64,000 nucleotides of DNA from Oscillospiraceae bacterium (GTDB lineage: Bacteria > Bacillota > Clostridia > Oscillospirales > CAG-272). The notes beneath the pieces are model-generated. The model was not told the origin of the DNA and searched no databases. It saw only the letters and a list, made by a program, of their open reading frames with translations. Position numbers and translations under genes: made by a program. The stretch lies in the NCBI GenBank assembly GCA_015063725.1, contig SVTP01000001.1, positions 38,410 to 102,409 on the forward strand, given 5' to 3'. The stretch's first letter is position 1; the number at the start of each line of letters is the position of its first letter. Below, one piece after another: positions 18,194 to 27,040 of this stretch.

Positions 18194-18604
18194 TTATCTA
18201 CGGTATCCACGCTTGCGCTCTGCGCGCTTGAAGGACACCACGCGGAAAGGAGTTGTCTCTCCTGCTTCCGCTCTTGCGGCAGTGATCGCTGCCGTAATAG
18301 CCGCCACAACGGCTCCATCGTCCTCGGCTGCAGCAAGTGCTGCGGCAATGGCAGCGGCAATAGCTGCATCGTCTTGATTGGGAGTGGGGGCTATGGGAGC
18401 GGCCTTTTTGGGGCGAGGCTCCTTTTCTTTCTTTTCACCCTTGTGCAGGACAGCGTGCATAATTTCAATCATAGCCCACAAAATTGCGAGAACCGCAAAA
18501 ATAGTGACCATTCCCATAAGAGTAACCGTGCCCGCAGTGGATGCTCGTTCACCCCAGTTGATCGTTGCTGCCGCCGCCCTAAGGGCAACAGATATATTCA
18601 TCAT
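18194..18604 (-). CDS. OadG-family small membrane subunit of Na+-pumping decarboxylase
   Basis: 136 aa with one TM (VTIFAVLAILWAMIEIM), a lysine-rich segment and an Ala-rich tail. Positioned between the carboxyltransferase and BCCP genes. Confidence 0.7.
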   Translation of the reverse strand: MMNISVALRAAAATINWGERASTAGTVTLMGMVTIFAVLAILWAMIEIMHAVLHKGEKKEKEPRPKKAAPIAPTPNQDDAAIAAAIAAALAAAEDDGAVVAAITAAITAARAEAGETTPFRVVSFKRAERKRGYRR

Positions 18605-18619
18605 ATTTTTACCTCCCTA

Positions 18620-19981
18620 TCAAAGAGGAAGATTGCAATGCTTGCGCAAAGGTGTACCGCTATTTTTCATCATCAGCATATAAACGGCTGCGCAGATGCG
18701 TTGGCGGAGCTCGGTGGGAGCAACCACGTCATCAATGCTACCGTCGGCAGCAGCAGCCTCGGGAGATGCACACTCATTTGTCCACTTCTCGATAAGATCG
18801 GCGCGAGTAACTTCCTCGGTGATCTTGTCATTCCAAAGGAATGCAACAGCAGAAGCAGGAGCCATAACGCTGATCTCGGATGTAGGAAGTGCCAGAACCA
18901 TATCGGCGCCCAGTGCCTTGGAGCCCATGAGCGTGAAAGCCGCGCCGTAAGCCTTGCCGCAAACAACACCGATCTTTGCGGTGTCGGCAGTTGCATACGC
19001 CATTGCGAGCTTGCCAAGCTGTGCCGCCAGAGGTGCACCCTCAGACTCAGCATCGGTTGCAACGCCTACGCTATCAACCAGTGTGATGACGGGAATGGAA
19101 AAGCTATCGCAAAAGCTGATCAGCTTTGCAGCCTTCTTTGCGCCCTCGCAAGTGATCACGCCACCGTTTTTACCAGCATTGTTTGCAACAACACCGCAGG
19201 TAACGCCACCAAAGATGGCAATGCCTGTGATCATTTCCTCGGCGTAGGATGCGCCAAGCTCAACGAAGTCGCCGGCATCTGCAAGAGCGGTGATAAGCTC
19301 TTTGCCGCAAAGTCCATCGACCAGAGCAGTGCGGTTGATGTCATCGGTAATATCTTCAATCACTACGCCCTCCTCACAGTTGGAAGGAAGCATGGAGACA
19401 AGCTTAACAGCCGTTGCTACTGCATCGTCTTCGCTTTCGGTATTAATGGATGCAAGACCGTTTTCGGCGGTGTAATCGGGTGTGCCGATCTCCTTGCCTG
19501 CAAGGAACGGAGCATTTACGTAAAGCTCGGATTTCTCTTTGATGGTGATGACAACATCAAACATTGCCGCAACGGTTGCTGCCATACCTGCGCAAATGCC
19601 GTTGATAATGGCAATTTGCGGAATGACGCCAGAAGCGTCGCTGACAACCTTGAGAAGCTTTCCATATGCGGACAGAACGGATGCACCGTCGGTAACGGTA
19701 GCACCTGCGCTATCGAAGATGCCCACGACGGGAGCACCGTTCTTTTGCGCCATACCATAAAGCTTGGCAATCTTTTCTGCCTGAAGCGCGTCGATTGCGC
19801 CCTTCTTTCTATCACTGTCTTGTGCAAACGCATAAACCAGCTTGCCCCTCACGGCTCCGTAGCCGCAAACAACACCGGTCAGGTCGTCGCCTCTCTTCAT
19901 GTATGCGCCGGTCTCGACAAAGGTGCCGGGATCAAAGAGAGCGGCGATTTTTGCACAGCCTGCGGTTGTGCCTTTCTCCAT
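18620..19981 (-). CDS. acyl-CoA carboxyltransferase subunit (MmdA/GcdA/PccB 12S-type), substrate unassigned
   Basis: Start moved to ATG 19981 (MEKGTTAG...) because a GGAGG RBS lies 8 nt upstream. GVVCGYGAVRGKLVYAFAQD and GAPVVGIFDSAGA resemble methylmalonyl-CoA decarboxylase alpha / propionyl-CoA carboxylase beta. Confidence 0.8.
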   Translation of the reverse strand: MEKGTTAGCAKIAALFDPGTFVETGAYMKRGDDLTGVVCGYGAVRGKLVYAFAQDSDRKKGAIDALQAEKIAKLYGMAQKNGAPVVGIFDSAGATVTDGASVLSAYGKLLKVVSDASGVIPQIAIINGICAGMAATVAAMFDVVITIKEKSELYVNAPFLAGKEIGTPDYTAENGLASINTESEDDAVATAVKLVSMLPSNCEEGVVIEDITDDINRTALVDGLCGKELITALADAGDFVELGASYAEEMITGIAIFGGVTCGVVANNAGKNGGVITCEGAKKAAKLISFCDSFSIPVITLVDSVGVATDAESEGAPLAAQLGKLAMAYATADTAKIGVVCGKAYGAAFTLMGSKALGADMVLALPTSEISVMAPASAVAFLWNDKITEEVTRADLIEKWTNECASPEAAAADGSIDDVVAPTELRQRICAAVYMLMMKNSGTPLRKHCNLPL

Positions 19982-20064
19982 AAAGACGAACCTCCAATTT
20001 ACATATTTTTGATAAGATGAGTGCCAATTTTTCAAAAATTACCATCTTACCCCAGTTTAATGAA

Positions 20065-20093
20065 ATTATATCACAAAAAGGATAAAAAGTCAA
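20065..20093 (-). promoter_or_regulatory. promoter of the decarboxylase operon: TTGACT-17-TATAAT with TGTGa extended -10
   Basis: Minus strand: TTGACT (20093..20088), 17-nt spacer ending in TGTGA, TATAAT (20070..20065). Confidence 0.65.
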
Positions 20094-20202
20094 CGATACT
20101 TCCCTTTTTTATTATGAATAATATGTTAAGATTGGAAAAAGAAAAGCCCCGCACGAGGCGGTGCGATTGTGATCGCAATTTAACCGTTGTTTTATGTAAA
20201 GC

Positions 20203-20238
20203 AAAAGAACACCGCTCCCATGAGTGGTGTTCCTTTTG
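20203..20238. terminator. A/T-flanked hairpin, second terminator-like element downstream of the EEP gene
   Basis: AAAAGAACACCGCTC-CCAT-GAGTGGTGTTCCTTTT, ~11 bp plus A:T extension with one bulge. Confidence 0.5.
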
Positions 20239-20348
20239 TTATCTTCTATTGTATCCAAAGATTGTTGTAGGAGCTGCGATAATTGTAGTAGTGTTGCAGG
20301 TTTTCATCCACCAGTCTTGCAATTCTGATGGAACCTCGCCTTTGGAAT

Positions 20349-20385
20349 AAAAAAATGGCATACCTGCGATTGTGCAAATATGCCA
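20349..20385 (-). terminator. terminator of the EEP-family gene
   Basis: Minus strand: TGGCATA-N16-TATGCCA followed by TTTTTTTATT. It starts 14 nt after the stop. Confidence 0.65.
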
Positions 20386-20398
20386 AACTTTTTTCATT

Positions 20399-21181
20399 TT
20401 AGTCAATGCTTACATATCCGCAAACGGCATAGTGGTCGGAATAGTAGTATCCGCAGGCATCGTCGTCGGGGATGAGATAAGACTCCTTGGGGTCGGTCTT
20501 CATATTGGTGAAGATATAGTCGATCTTGTCCTTTGCGGGATTGATACGTCCAAAGGAGTGGAAGGTGGGCCCCACGTATTTGGTGACGTCCACGGTGCCG
20601 AGACGCCCGTTGGTTGCAAGATAGGTCTTGATAACGGGAGAATCGGGGGTTGCATTGAAGTCACCTGTGAGAACATACGGAAACGGTGACTCGCTGACAT
20701 CCTTTAAGAGGAGTGCCGACTCGACGATCTGTGCGGCGGTATCGGGGATATAGTCGAGGTGCACGTTGTAAAAGCTGAAGGGCTTATAGCAGGTGCGGTC
20801 AATCAGCTCTGCACAAACGAGAATGCGCGGGCAATCGCTCTGCCCCATTCCGTGCAGGCGGCTACCGGGGAGATTTTCCTCCAACGAGAGCCAACGTTCG
20901 CGGAAGGTATGGAGCAAAAAGCGGCTTTTGCGGAAGGCGATGGGAGTTCCCTCCCAGGAATAGTCATCCTTGCGACCGTGACCGAGAATGATATATTCGG
21001 GGAAAGTTTCCGACAGAAAATCTTGCATTTCTTCATCGATCTCCTGAAAACCGATGATATCCGGGTTCTCGCGGCGGATCACCTCTGCGATCTTTGGGCG
21101 GCGGTGACGGAACCAGTTATCGCCATCTACAGGTGTGTTGATGCGCATATTAAAGGTCATAACCTTGATTGGAGTAGACAT
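20399..21181 (-). CDS. endonuclease/exonuclease/phosphatase (EEP) family protein
   Basis: 260 aa with VMTFNMR, PDIIGFQE, GDFN and SDH motifs. RBS AGGAGG. Confidence 0.85.
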   Translation of the reverse strand: MSTPIKVMTFNMRINTPVDGDNWFRHRRPKIAEVIRRENPDIIGFQEIDEEMQDFLSETFPEYIILGHGRKDDYSWEGTPIAFRKSRFLLHTFRERWLSLEENLPGSRLHGMGQSDCPRILVCAELIDRTCYKPFSFYNVHLDYIPDTAAQIVESALLLKDVSESPFPYVLTGDFNATPDSPVIKTYLATNGRLGTVDVTKYVGPTFHSFGRINPAKDKIDYIFTNMKTDPKESYLIPDDDACGYYYSDHYAVCGYVSID

Positions 21182-21206
21182 ATTTGCATAAACCTCCTAA
21201 GGGTAA

Positions 21207-21235
21207 GAATGAGACTCCGCAAGGGAGTCTCATTC
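21207..21235 (-). terminator. hairpin after ispH/S1 gene
   Basis: GAATGAGACTCC-GCAAG-GGAGTCTCATTC, a 12-bp stem. The U-tract on the minus strand is weak. Confidence 0.45.
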
Positions 21236-21255
21236 GTGATTTTTTATTTTTGGAA

Positions 21256-23310
21256 TTACTCTGCAGTTTCTTCTGCGGGAGCTTCTTCTACAACTTCCTC
21301 GGTTGCAGCTTCCTCGGGCATAGCCTCTGCTGCCTCTGCTGCTTCCTCAAGGAGAGCGCGGATGGAAAGGCTTACCTTCTTCTTTTCGTCGTCGATCTCG
21401 ATGATGCGAGCATCAACAACCTGACCGATCTCAAGCAGATCTGCGGGCTTTGCAATTCTTTGCATAGCAATCTGGGAGATGTGGATAAGGCCGTCAACAT
21501 CGTCAATGATCTCTGCAAATGCGCCGAAAGGCATCATGTTAACGATCTTAACAGATGCGATATCGCCTACTGCATAGCGGGATTTAAAGATGTTCCAGGG
21601 ATTGGACTCTTCGGTCTTGTAACCAAGGGAAATTCTCTTCTTTTCGGGATCGAAGCTCTTAACAAATACGTCGAGCTCGTCGCCAACGGAAACAACCTCT
21701 GCAGGGTTCTTGATGCGCTTCCAAGACAGCTCGGTAAGGTGAACCATACCGTCAACGCCGCCGAGGTCTACAAATGCGCCAAAGCTGGTCAGGCTCTTAA
21801 CAGTGCCGTGGTAAGCCTTGCCTACCTCGATGTTTGCCCAGAAGTCAGCCTCTTGTGCACGGCGCTCTTCGCGTTGAACAACGCGGATGGAGCCGATAGC
21901 CTTTTTGGGAGCCTTGATTTCAATTACCTTGAAGGAAACAGTCTGACCAACGATGCTGGAGAGATCGCCATCCTTCGGAACACCGGTTTGAGATGCGGGA
22001 ACGAAGATGCGGTTTGCGTTGTGAAGAATAACAACGCCGCCTCTTACTGCCTCGGTTACCTTGCCCTCGAGAACGGTTTTGTTCTCGCAAGCGTCTACTA
22101 CGTTTTGCCAATTCTTATCGGCATCTGCTCTCTTTTTGGAGAGCTCTGCAACGCCTTCGATGTCGCTGACACGAATGACGAAGCCTTCGACTTGGTCGCC
22201 GTTTTTGAAGTTCTCAGTCAGCTTAAAAGCGGGATCGTCTGTGATCTGTTCCGCTTTTATGTAGCCGGTTACGCCCGCACTGAGGTCCAACTGAAGCTCA
22301 GCATCGGAAACGTGAGTAACTGTTCCGGTAACGACATCTCCTGTATTTAAAGTTAAGCATTGCGATTCGAGCATTTCTTCGAAATTTTCTTTCATAATTT
22401 CGCTCATGGTTTTATATACCTCCTGTATTTCCTCGCTTGGTGTCGATGCACCAGCGACGATTCCAACGTGTAAGGATGTGGCAAAGCAGCCGGCATCCAG
22501 CTCGGATGCCTCGGCGATCCACACCGTGTTGCCGCACTCCTCGCGGCAAATTTGATAAAGCTTTGCGGTGTTGGCACTCTTTTTGCCCCCCACCACCACG
22601 ATGCCATCGCACCGTGCTGCAAGCTCCCGAGCACACCTCTGGCGTTCTTCGGTCACACTGCATATTGTACCAAAAATTTTGGCATTTGTATATAGTTTTT
22701 TGAGAAATTTTTGGGTTTTGTCCCATTTGCACAAATTTTGCGTTGTTTGAACCGCCATTATGGGTATTTTGCCGTCGTTTTTTTGCTCTTTTCGGCAAGT
22801 CAGGGCGGTTTCCAAAGCCTCGACGGAGTCACAAACGTATTTTTCACCTGCAAAGCGACTCATCACTCCCTTGACCTCGGGATGCTCGGCATCCCCGATC
22901 AGGATGAAAAAGGCTTGCTCACTATCGGCTTCCTCAGCGATGCGGTGGATTTTTTTGACAAACGGACAGGTGCAATCCACAAGTGTAAAATGCGGATTCT
23001 GTTTTGCAATCGTTTGCAAATTTTTTTCAACAGAAAGCGAAATCCCATGCGCACGAATGATCAGCACGAACGGGTGCGCCTCGGTGGCTTCCTCTGCTCT
23101 TTTTGCGGCTTCATCTTCGTTTACAGAGATAATGCTGCGTGCTTCAAGAGAACGAATATAGCTTTCATTATGAATCAGTGGACCAAGTGTTGCAATCTTG
23201 CCGCCCTCGGGGAGCTTTTTCATAGCATCCTCAAGCGTTTCAACAGCTCTTTTGACGCCAAAACAAAAGCCTGCGTGCGGTGCGATCTCAACGGTACGTG
23301 TGCCCGTCAT
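21256..23310 (-). CDS. ispH: bifunctional 4-hydroxy-3-methylbut-2-enyl diphosphate reductase / ribosomal protein S1-like
   Basis: 684 aa. N-terminal IspH/LytB (HAGFCFGVKRAV) is fused to four S1 repeats (GxVxxVxxFGAFVDL..G.DGMVHLSE type). This fusion is known in Clostridia. The ATG overlaps the cmk stop. Confidence 0.92.
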   Translation of the reverse strand: MTGTRTVEIAPHAGFCFGVKRAVETLEDAMKKLPEGGKIATLGPLIHNESYIRSLEARSIISVNEDEAAKRAEEATEAHPFVLIIRAHGISLSVEKNLQTIAKQNPHFTLVDCTCPFVKKIHRIAEEADSEQAFFILIGDAEHPEVKGVMSRFAGEKYVCDSVEALETALTCRKEQKNDGKIPIMAVQTTQNLCKWDKTQKFLKKLYTNAKIFGTICSVTEERQRCARELAARCDGIVVVGGKKSANTAKLYQICREECGNTVWIAEASELDAGCFATSLHVGIVAGASTPSEEIQEVYKTMSEIMKENFEEMLESQCLTLNTGDVVTGTVTHVSDAELQLDLSAGVTGYIKAEQITDDPAFKLTENFKNGDQVEGFVIRVSDIEGVAELSKKRADADKNWQNVVDACENKTVLEGKVTEAVRGGVVILHNANRIFVPASQTGVPKDGDLSSIVGQTVSFKVIEIKAPKKAIGSIRVVQREERRAQEADFWANIEVGKAYHGTVKSLTSFGAFVDLGGVDGMVHLTELSWKRIKNPAEVVSVGDELDVFVKSFDPEKKRISLGYKTEESNPWNIFKSRYAVGDIASVKIVNMMPFGAFAEIIDDVDGLIHISQIAMQRIAKPADLLEIGQVVDARIIEIDDEKKKVSLSIRALLEEAAEAAEAMPEEAATEEVVEEAPAEETAE

Positions 23311-23975
23311 ATCTCGGTCTTTTCCTTAATCAAACGGATAATAGCCGCAGTGCACTCCTCGGGAGTCATCCAAGAGTTGTCAAACAACACGGCATCCTCG
23401 GCAGCTACTGCAGGGGCGACGGAACGGGTACTGTCGTTGCGGTCGCGTTCGATCATATCGGCAAGCACTTCCTCATAGGTGACTTCAATTCCCTTTGCAA
23501 CCAGCTCGTCGCGGCGACGCGTAGCGCGGCACTCGTCAGAGGCGGTCAAAAAGATTTTGACGTTGGCATCGGGCAAAATGACCGTACCGATGTCGCGACC
23601 GTCCATAATAACACTGTTTTCGCGTGCGATCTTGCGTTGCGTTTCCAAAAGGAAGGTGCGCACAGCAGGGATAGCGGAAACGGCAGAAGCGTACATTGAC
23701 ATTTCCGGGGTGCGGATGCGGTCACCGAGATCCTCACCGTTCAGGCAAACGATCTGGCGTCCGTTCTCATATTTGAGTTCCACCGAAATTTCGGGCAAAA
23801 GCGCCGCAACCCCCACGGGATCCTTGGGATCAACATCGCGAGAGCGTACAAAGTAGCCGATGGTGCGGTAGAGCGCACCGGTGTCTACATATATAATTCC
23901 CAATTCGCGGGCAACGGCTTTGGCAACCGTTGATTTACCTGCCCCACTGGGCCCGTCAATGGCAATTTGAATCAT
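23307..23975 (-). CDS. cmk: cytidylate kinase
   Basis: MIQIAIDGPSGAGKSTVAKAVARELGIIYVDTGALYR. Start set to ATG 23975 rather than GTG 24011, which would overlap the upstream gene. Confidence 0.93.
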   Translation of the reverse strand: MIQIAIDGPSGAGKSTVAKAVARELGIIYVDTGALYRTIGYFVRSRDVDPKDPVGVAALLPEISVELKYENGRQIVCLNGEDLGDRIRTPEMSMYASAVSAIPAVRTFLLETQRKIARENSVIMDGRDIGTVILPDANVKIFLTASDECRATRRRDELVAKGIEVTYEEVLADMIERDRNDSTRSVAPAVAAEDAVLFDNSWMTPEECTAAIIRLIKEKTEI

Positions 23976-24001
23976 AGTGCTTTTTCCTTTTTCATTAGAT
24001 T

Positions 24002-25264
24002 TTATCCCCACGCGGCAGAAGTACCTGCCACGGTGGCGGTGGAAAACGCGATTTGCAGATTGAAGCCGCCCGTATAGGCGTCAACATCCAAAACCTCGCC
24101 TGCGAAGTACAAGCCCTCAACAAGCTTGGATTGCATCGTTTTGGGGTCGATCTCCTTCACGCTGACACCGCCGCGTGTCACGATGGCTTCCTCCAAAGGG
24201 CGGAACCCAACAAGCGGAATGCGGATCCCCTTGAGAATGTGTACCATTCTCTCGCGCTCCTCGCGTGTGATGGAATTGACCTTTTTGCGCGGATCAATGC
24301 CGCACAGACCGATATAAGGAGCGATCATCTTTTGCGGCAAGAGGTCATCCAGCGCGTTGATAAGATCGCGGTTTTGATATTTTGAAAAATCCGAAAGGAT
24401 GCGTGCATCCAGCATTTTTTCATCAAGCGCGGGCTTGAGGTCAATATATGCCTCATATTTGCCCGGTGTGATGTCGGAAAGATGGGCTGATGCCGAGAGC
24501 ACCATAGGACCTGTCAGACCGTAGTGCGTAAAGAGCATTTCTCCAAAGTCCTCGTAAACCGTTTTTCCGGATTGCGTCAGCTTGATGGAAAGTGCAACGT
24601 TTTTTAGGGATAACCCCTGCAGAGATGCACACAACTTGCCCTGCGCCACAATGGGAACAAGAGACGGATGCAATGGTGTGACGGTATGCCCCAACATCGT
24701 GGCAAAGCGGTGACCGTCGCCATCCGATCCTGTCATCGAATAAGAGCGACCGCCCGTACAAATGATAACAGCATCGAACGCTTCTTCGGTTTGATCGTAG
24801 ACAAGACCGCAAATCTTTCCCTCAGCTATCTGAAGTCCACGCACGCGGCGATGAACGATTTGGACGCCTGCCTCGCGGCAGCGTCGCTCCATCGCGGATA
24901 CAATATCGGCGGCACGGTCGGAAACCGGGAAAACGCGCTTGCCGCGCTCTGTCTTCAGCGGTACGCCTGCATCCTCAAAAAAGGACATGGTATCAGCCGT
25001 AGAAAAACGAGCAAGAGATGCGTATAAAAAACGCGGATTGGTAGGAACATTGGCAAGGAATTCGTTATTATCACAGTTATTTGTGACGTTGCAACGCCCT
25101 TTGCCTGTGATGCGGAGCTTTTTGCCAACGCGATCATTTTTTTCAAACAGTGTAACGGTAGCTCCTGCCTCGGCTGCGGTAATGGCAGCCATCATGCCTG
25201 CGGCTCCGGCTCCGATTACGGCGACACGGCGCGCGTCAGTTGTGTTTTTTTGCATAGACGTCAT
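24002..25264 (-). CDS. NAD(P)/FAD-dependent oxidoreductase, HI0933/BaiN-like flavoprotein
   Basis: VAVIGAGAAGMMAAITAAEAG...GKKLRITGKGRCNVTN. Start uncertain (ATG 25264 or 25255). Either choice overlaps the 3' end of the upstream rpiR-family gene. Confidence 0.85.
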   Translation of the reverse strand: MTSMQKNTTDARRVAVIGAGAAGMMAAITAAEAGATVTLFEKNDRVGKKLRITGKGRCNVTNNCDNNEFLANVPTNPRFLYASLARFSTADTMSFFEDAGVPLKTERGKRVFPVSDRAADIVSAMERRCREAGVQIVHRRVRGLQIAEGKICGLVYDQTEEAFDAVIICTGGRSYSMTGSDGDGHRFATMLGHTVTPLHPSLVPIVAQGKLCASLQGLSLKNVALSIKLTQSGKTVYEDFGEMLFTHYGLTGPMVLSASAHLSDITPGKYEAYIDLKPALDEKMLDARILSDFSKYQNRDLINALDDLLPQKMIAPYIGLCGIDPRKKVNSITREERERMVHILKGIRIPLVGFRPLEEAIVTRGGVSVKEIDPKTMQSKLVEGLYFAGEVLDVDAYTGGFNLQIAFSTATVAGTSAAWG

Positions 25265-26102
25265 ATTGATCCCAAACCTCTTCGAGCACACGCAAACGCT
25301 CGCTGACCTCAGCCTCGCGCTCACGGGCAACTGCCACCACAAGTGCATTGATGATGCTCAAGGGGGCTACCAAAGAGTCCACAAAGGATGCCATATCACT
25401 GTAAGCAATCAGGAGCTGGTCAGCTTCTGCTGCAATAGGAGAAAATTTGCTATCTGTTAAGGCAATCACGTCAGCGCCTCTGCTCTTTGCATATTCTACG
25501 GCGTTGATGATACGCGAGGAATAACGCGGAAAGCTGATGGCGATCATGACGTCGCCCTTTCCGATCTGCATAATCTGCTCGAACATTTCACTGCCCGAGG
25601 TGGTTTGCACAAAACGGACGTTATCAAAGATCATGCGCAAGCTATGGTTGAGAAAGCCTGCAAGCGTGGACGAGGAACGCACGCCGATGATGTAGATATT
25701 CTTTGCATTCACAATGTTTTGCACTGCGGCATCAAAGGATTTATGATCGATCTCGGCAGCGGTCTGTCTGATTTTTTCAATATCCGAAGAAAGTACTTTT
25801 TCAAGTACGTCATTCTCACCAATGAGATTGTTGGTCACTTCCATACGTTGGAAAGAGGTCAGACGGCTGCGAATGAGCTTTTTGAGTTCTTTTTGCAGCT
25901 CGGGATACCCCTCATAACCAAGCTCGTTTGCAAAGCGCACAACAGTAGACTCGGAAACACCAACAATCGTGCCGAGTCGGGATGCGGTATAGTATGCGGC
26001 TTTGTCGTAATGTTCCAGAATGTATGCCGCTATTTGTCTCTGTCCTCTGGAAAAGGAGGACATGCCGTCTTCTATGATTTGAAGCAGGTCACCGTTGTTC
26101 AC
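25236..26102 (-). CDS. MurR/RpiR family transcriptional regulator (HTH + SIS domain)
   Basis: 288 aa. HTH_6 region (RQIAAYILEHYDKAAYYTASRLGTIVGVSESTVVRFANELGYEG) and a SIS domain. GTG start with GGGGAG RBS. Consensus promoter at 26148-26176. Confidence 0.88.
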   Translation of the reverse strand: MNNGDLLQIIEDGMSSFSRGQRQIAAYILEHYDKAAYYTASRLGTIVGVSESTVVRFANELGYEGYPELQKELKKLIRSRLTSFQRMEVTNNLIGENDVLEKVLSSDIEKIRQTAAEIDHKSFDAAVQNIVNAKNIYIIGVRSSSTLAGFLNHSLRMIFDNVRFVQTTSGSEMFEQIMQIGKGDVMIAISFPRYSSRIINAVEYAKSRGADVIALTDSKFSPIAAEADQLLIAYSDMASFVDSLVAPLSIINALVVAVAREREAEVSERLRVLEEVWDQYDVYAKKHN

Positions 26103-26147
26103 AGATGCTCACTCCCCTTTCCTCGCTGTCATTGCAATATCCCTTTT

Positions 26148-26176
26148 ATTATACCTCAAAAAGGAAAAAATGTCAA
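26148..26176 (-). promoter_or_regulatory. promoter of the rpiR-family gene: TTGACA-17-TATAAT
   Basis: Minus strand: TTGACA (26176..26171), 17-nt spacer, TATAAT (26153..26148). Confidence 0.65.
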
Positions 26177-26229
26177 CCAAAAAACAAAAAAATCGGGAAA
26201 TATTTTTTCATTTTTGTATATTTCATTCA

Positions 26230-26258
26230 TTGACAACAACGCTTGTCTGTGATATAAT
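26230..26258 (+). promoter_or_regulatory. purC promoter: TTGACA-17-TATAAT with TGTGa extended -10
   Basis: TTGACA at 26230-26235 and TATAAT at 26253-26258. The leader is only ~50 nt, so no riboswitch-sized leader. Confidence 0.7.
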
Positions 26259-26313
26259 TATCTCATAAATGCAAACTTTGCAAAAGGTGGCAAAATTGAA
26301 GGGAGAACACACC

Positions 26314-26997
26314 ATGAAAAAGATCTATACCGGAAAAACCAAGGATGTTTATGCACTTGATAACGGCAACGTTATGCTCAAATTTAAGGACGATTGCACC
26401 GGCAAGGACGGTGTGTTCGATCCCGGTGAAAACACCGTTGGTCTGACCATTGACGGCATCGGCAAGGCAAATCTGCAAACCTCTGTTTACTACTTCGAGC
26501 TTTGCAAAAAGGCAGGCGTAAAAACCCACTATGTTGGCGCTGACGTTGAGAATGCTACCATGGAAGTTCTCCCCGCAACTGTTTTCGGTCACGGGCTTGA
26601 GGTTATTTGCCGTCTGGTGGCAACCGGTAGCTTTATTCGCAGATATGGCGAATACATTGAAAACGGCACTCCCCTTGCCGGTGGATACGTAGAGTGCACC
26701 TTTAAAAACGATGAAAAAGGTGATCCGCTCGTAACTGCCGAAGGTCTTGCGGCTCTTGGCATTATGGATATGAAAATGTTTGAGAGCATGAAGGAACAGA
26801 CTCTTAAGATCACGAAAATCGTTGCTGACGACCTCAAAACCATTGGCCTTGACCTTTGGGACATCAAGTTTGAGTTCGGCTACAACAACGGCGAGGTTAT
26901 CCTCATTGATGAGATCGCTTCGGGCAATATGCGCGTTTACAAAGGCGACACCATCGTGGACCCCGTTGAACTGACAAAGCTGATTTTGAATAGATAA
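26314..26997 (+). CDS. purC: phosphoribosylaminoimidazole-succinocarboxamide synthase
   Basis: [18 protein letters not shown]...KFKDD.TG is a typical SAICAR synthetase N-terminus. Start at ATG 26314 after a GAAGGGAGA RBS. Confidence 0.9.
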   Translation: MKKIYTGKTKDVYALDNGNVMLKFKDDCTGKDGVFDPGENTVGLTIDGIGKANLQTSVYYFELCKKAGVKTHYVGADVENATMEVLPATVFGHGLEVICRLVATGSFIRRYGEYIENGTPLAGGYVECTFKNDEKGDPLVTAEGLAALGIMDMKMFESMKEQTLKITKIVADDLKTIGLDLWDIKFEFGYNNGEVILIDEIASGNMRVYKGDTIVDPVELTKLILNR

Positions 26998-26998
26998 C

Positions 26999-27038
26999 AA
27001 ACAAAAGCTCCCTACCAAGAGGCAGGGAGCTTTTGTTT
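26999..27038. terminator. bidirectional terminator between convergent purC and 27041..27793
   Basis: ACAAAAGCTCCCT-N10-AGGGAGCTTTTGT with A/T extensions. Confidence 0.75.
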
Positions 27039-27040
27039 AT

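Noticed and set aside
18374-20020. A 548-aa plus-strand ORF.
   Set aside because: It is antisense to the OadG-like and 12S carboxyltransferase genes. No RBS and no recognisable domain.
20239-20361. A small-peptide gene (22 or 40 codons) as a RiPP precursor or type I toxin.
   Set aside because: No credible RBS or promoter and no adjacent modification or antitoxin genes. It is kept only as part of the low-interest double-terminator observation.
21184-22350. A 388-aa plus-strand ORF, and similar long ORFs at 54818..55960, 56027..56782, 43837..44700, 28521..29555, 30072..31088, 49565..50602 and 50428..51333.
   Set aside because: All are antisense to confidently identified genes (ispH/S1, the clpE-type gene, glucosaminidase-like gene, S41 peptidase, PucR regulator, tsf, rpsB). 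None has an RBS or a recognisable motif.
21256-23310. The IspH-S1 fusion might have been a frameshift artefact or a novel fusion.
   Set aside because: The frame is continuous with a natural linker, and this bifunctional IspH/S1 arrangement is already known in Clostridia. It is not novel.
25236-25264. A 20-29-nt overlap between the rpiR-family gene's 3' end and the oxidoreductase gene's 5' end, possibly a programmed event.
   Set aside because: It depends entirely on which of two nearby ATGs is used. Short overlaps of co-oriented genes are common, and there is no slippery sequence or structure.
26103-26313. Possible purine riboswitch upstream of purC.
   Set aside because: The consensus promoter at 26230-26258 leaves only a ~50-nt leader, which is too short, and the conserved purine-riboswitch loop sequences are absent.
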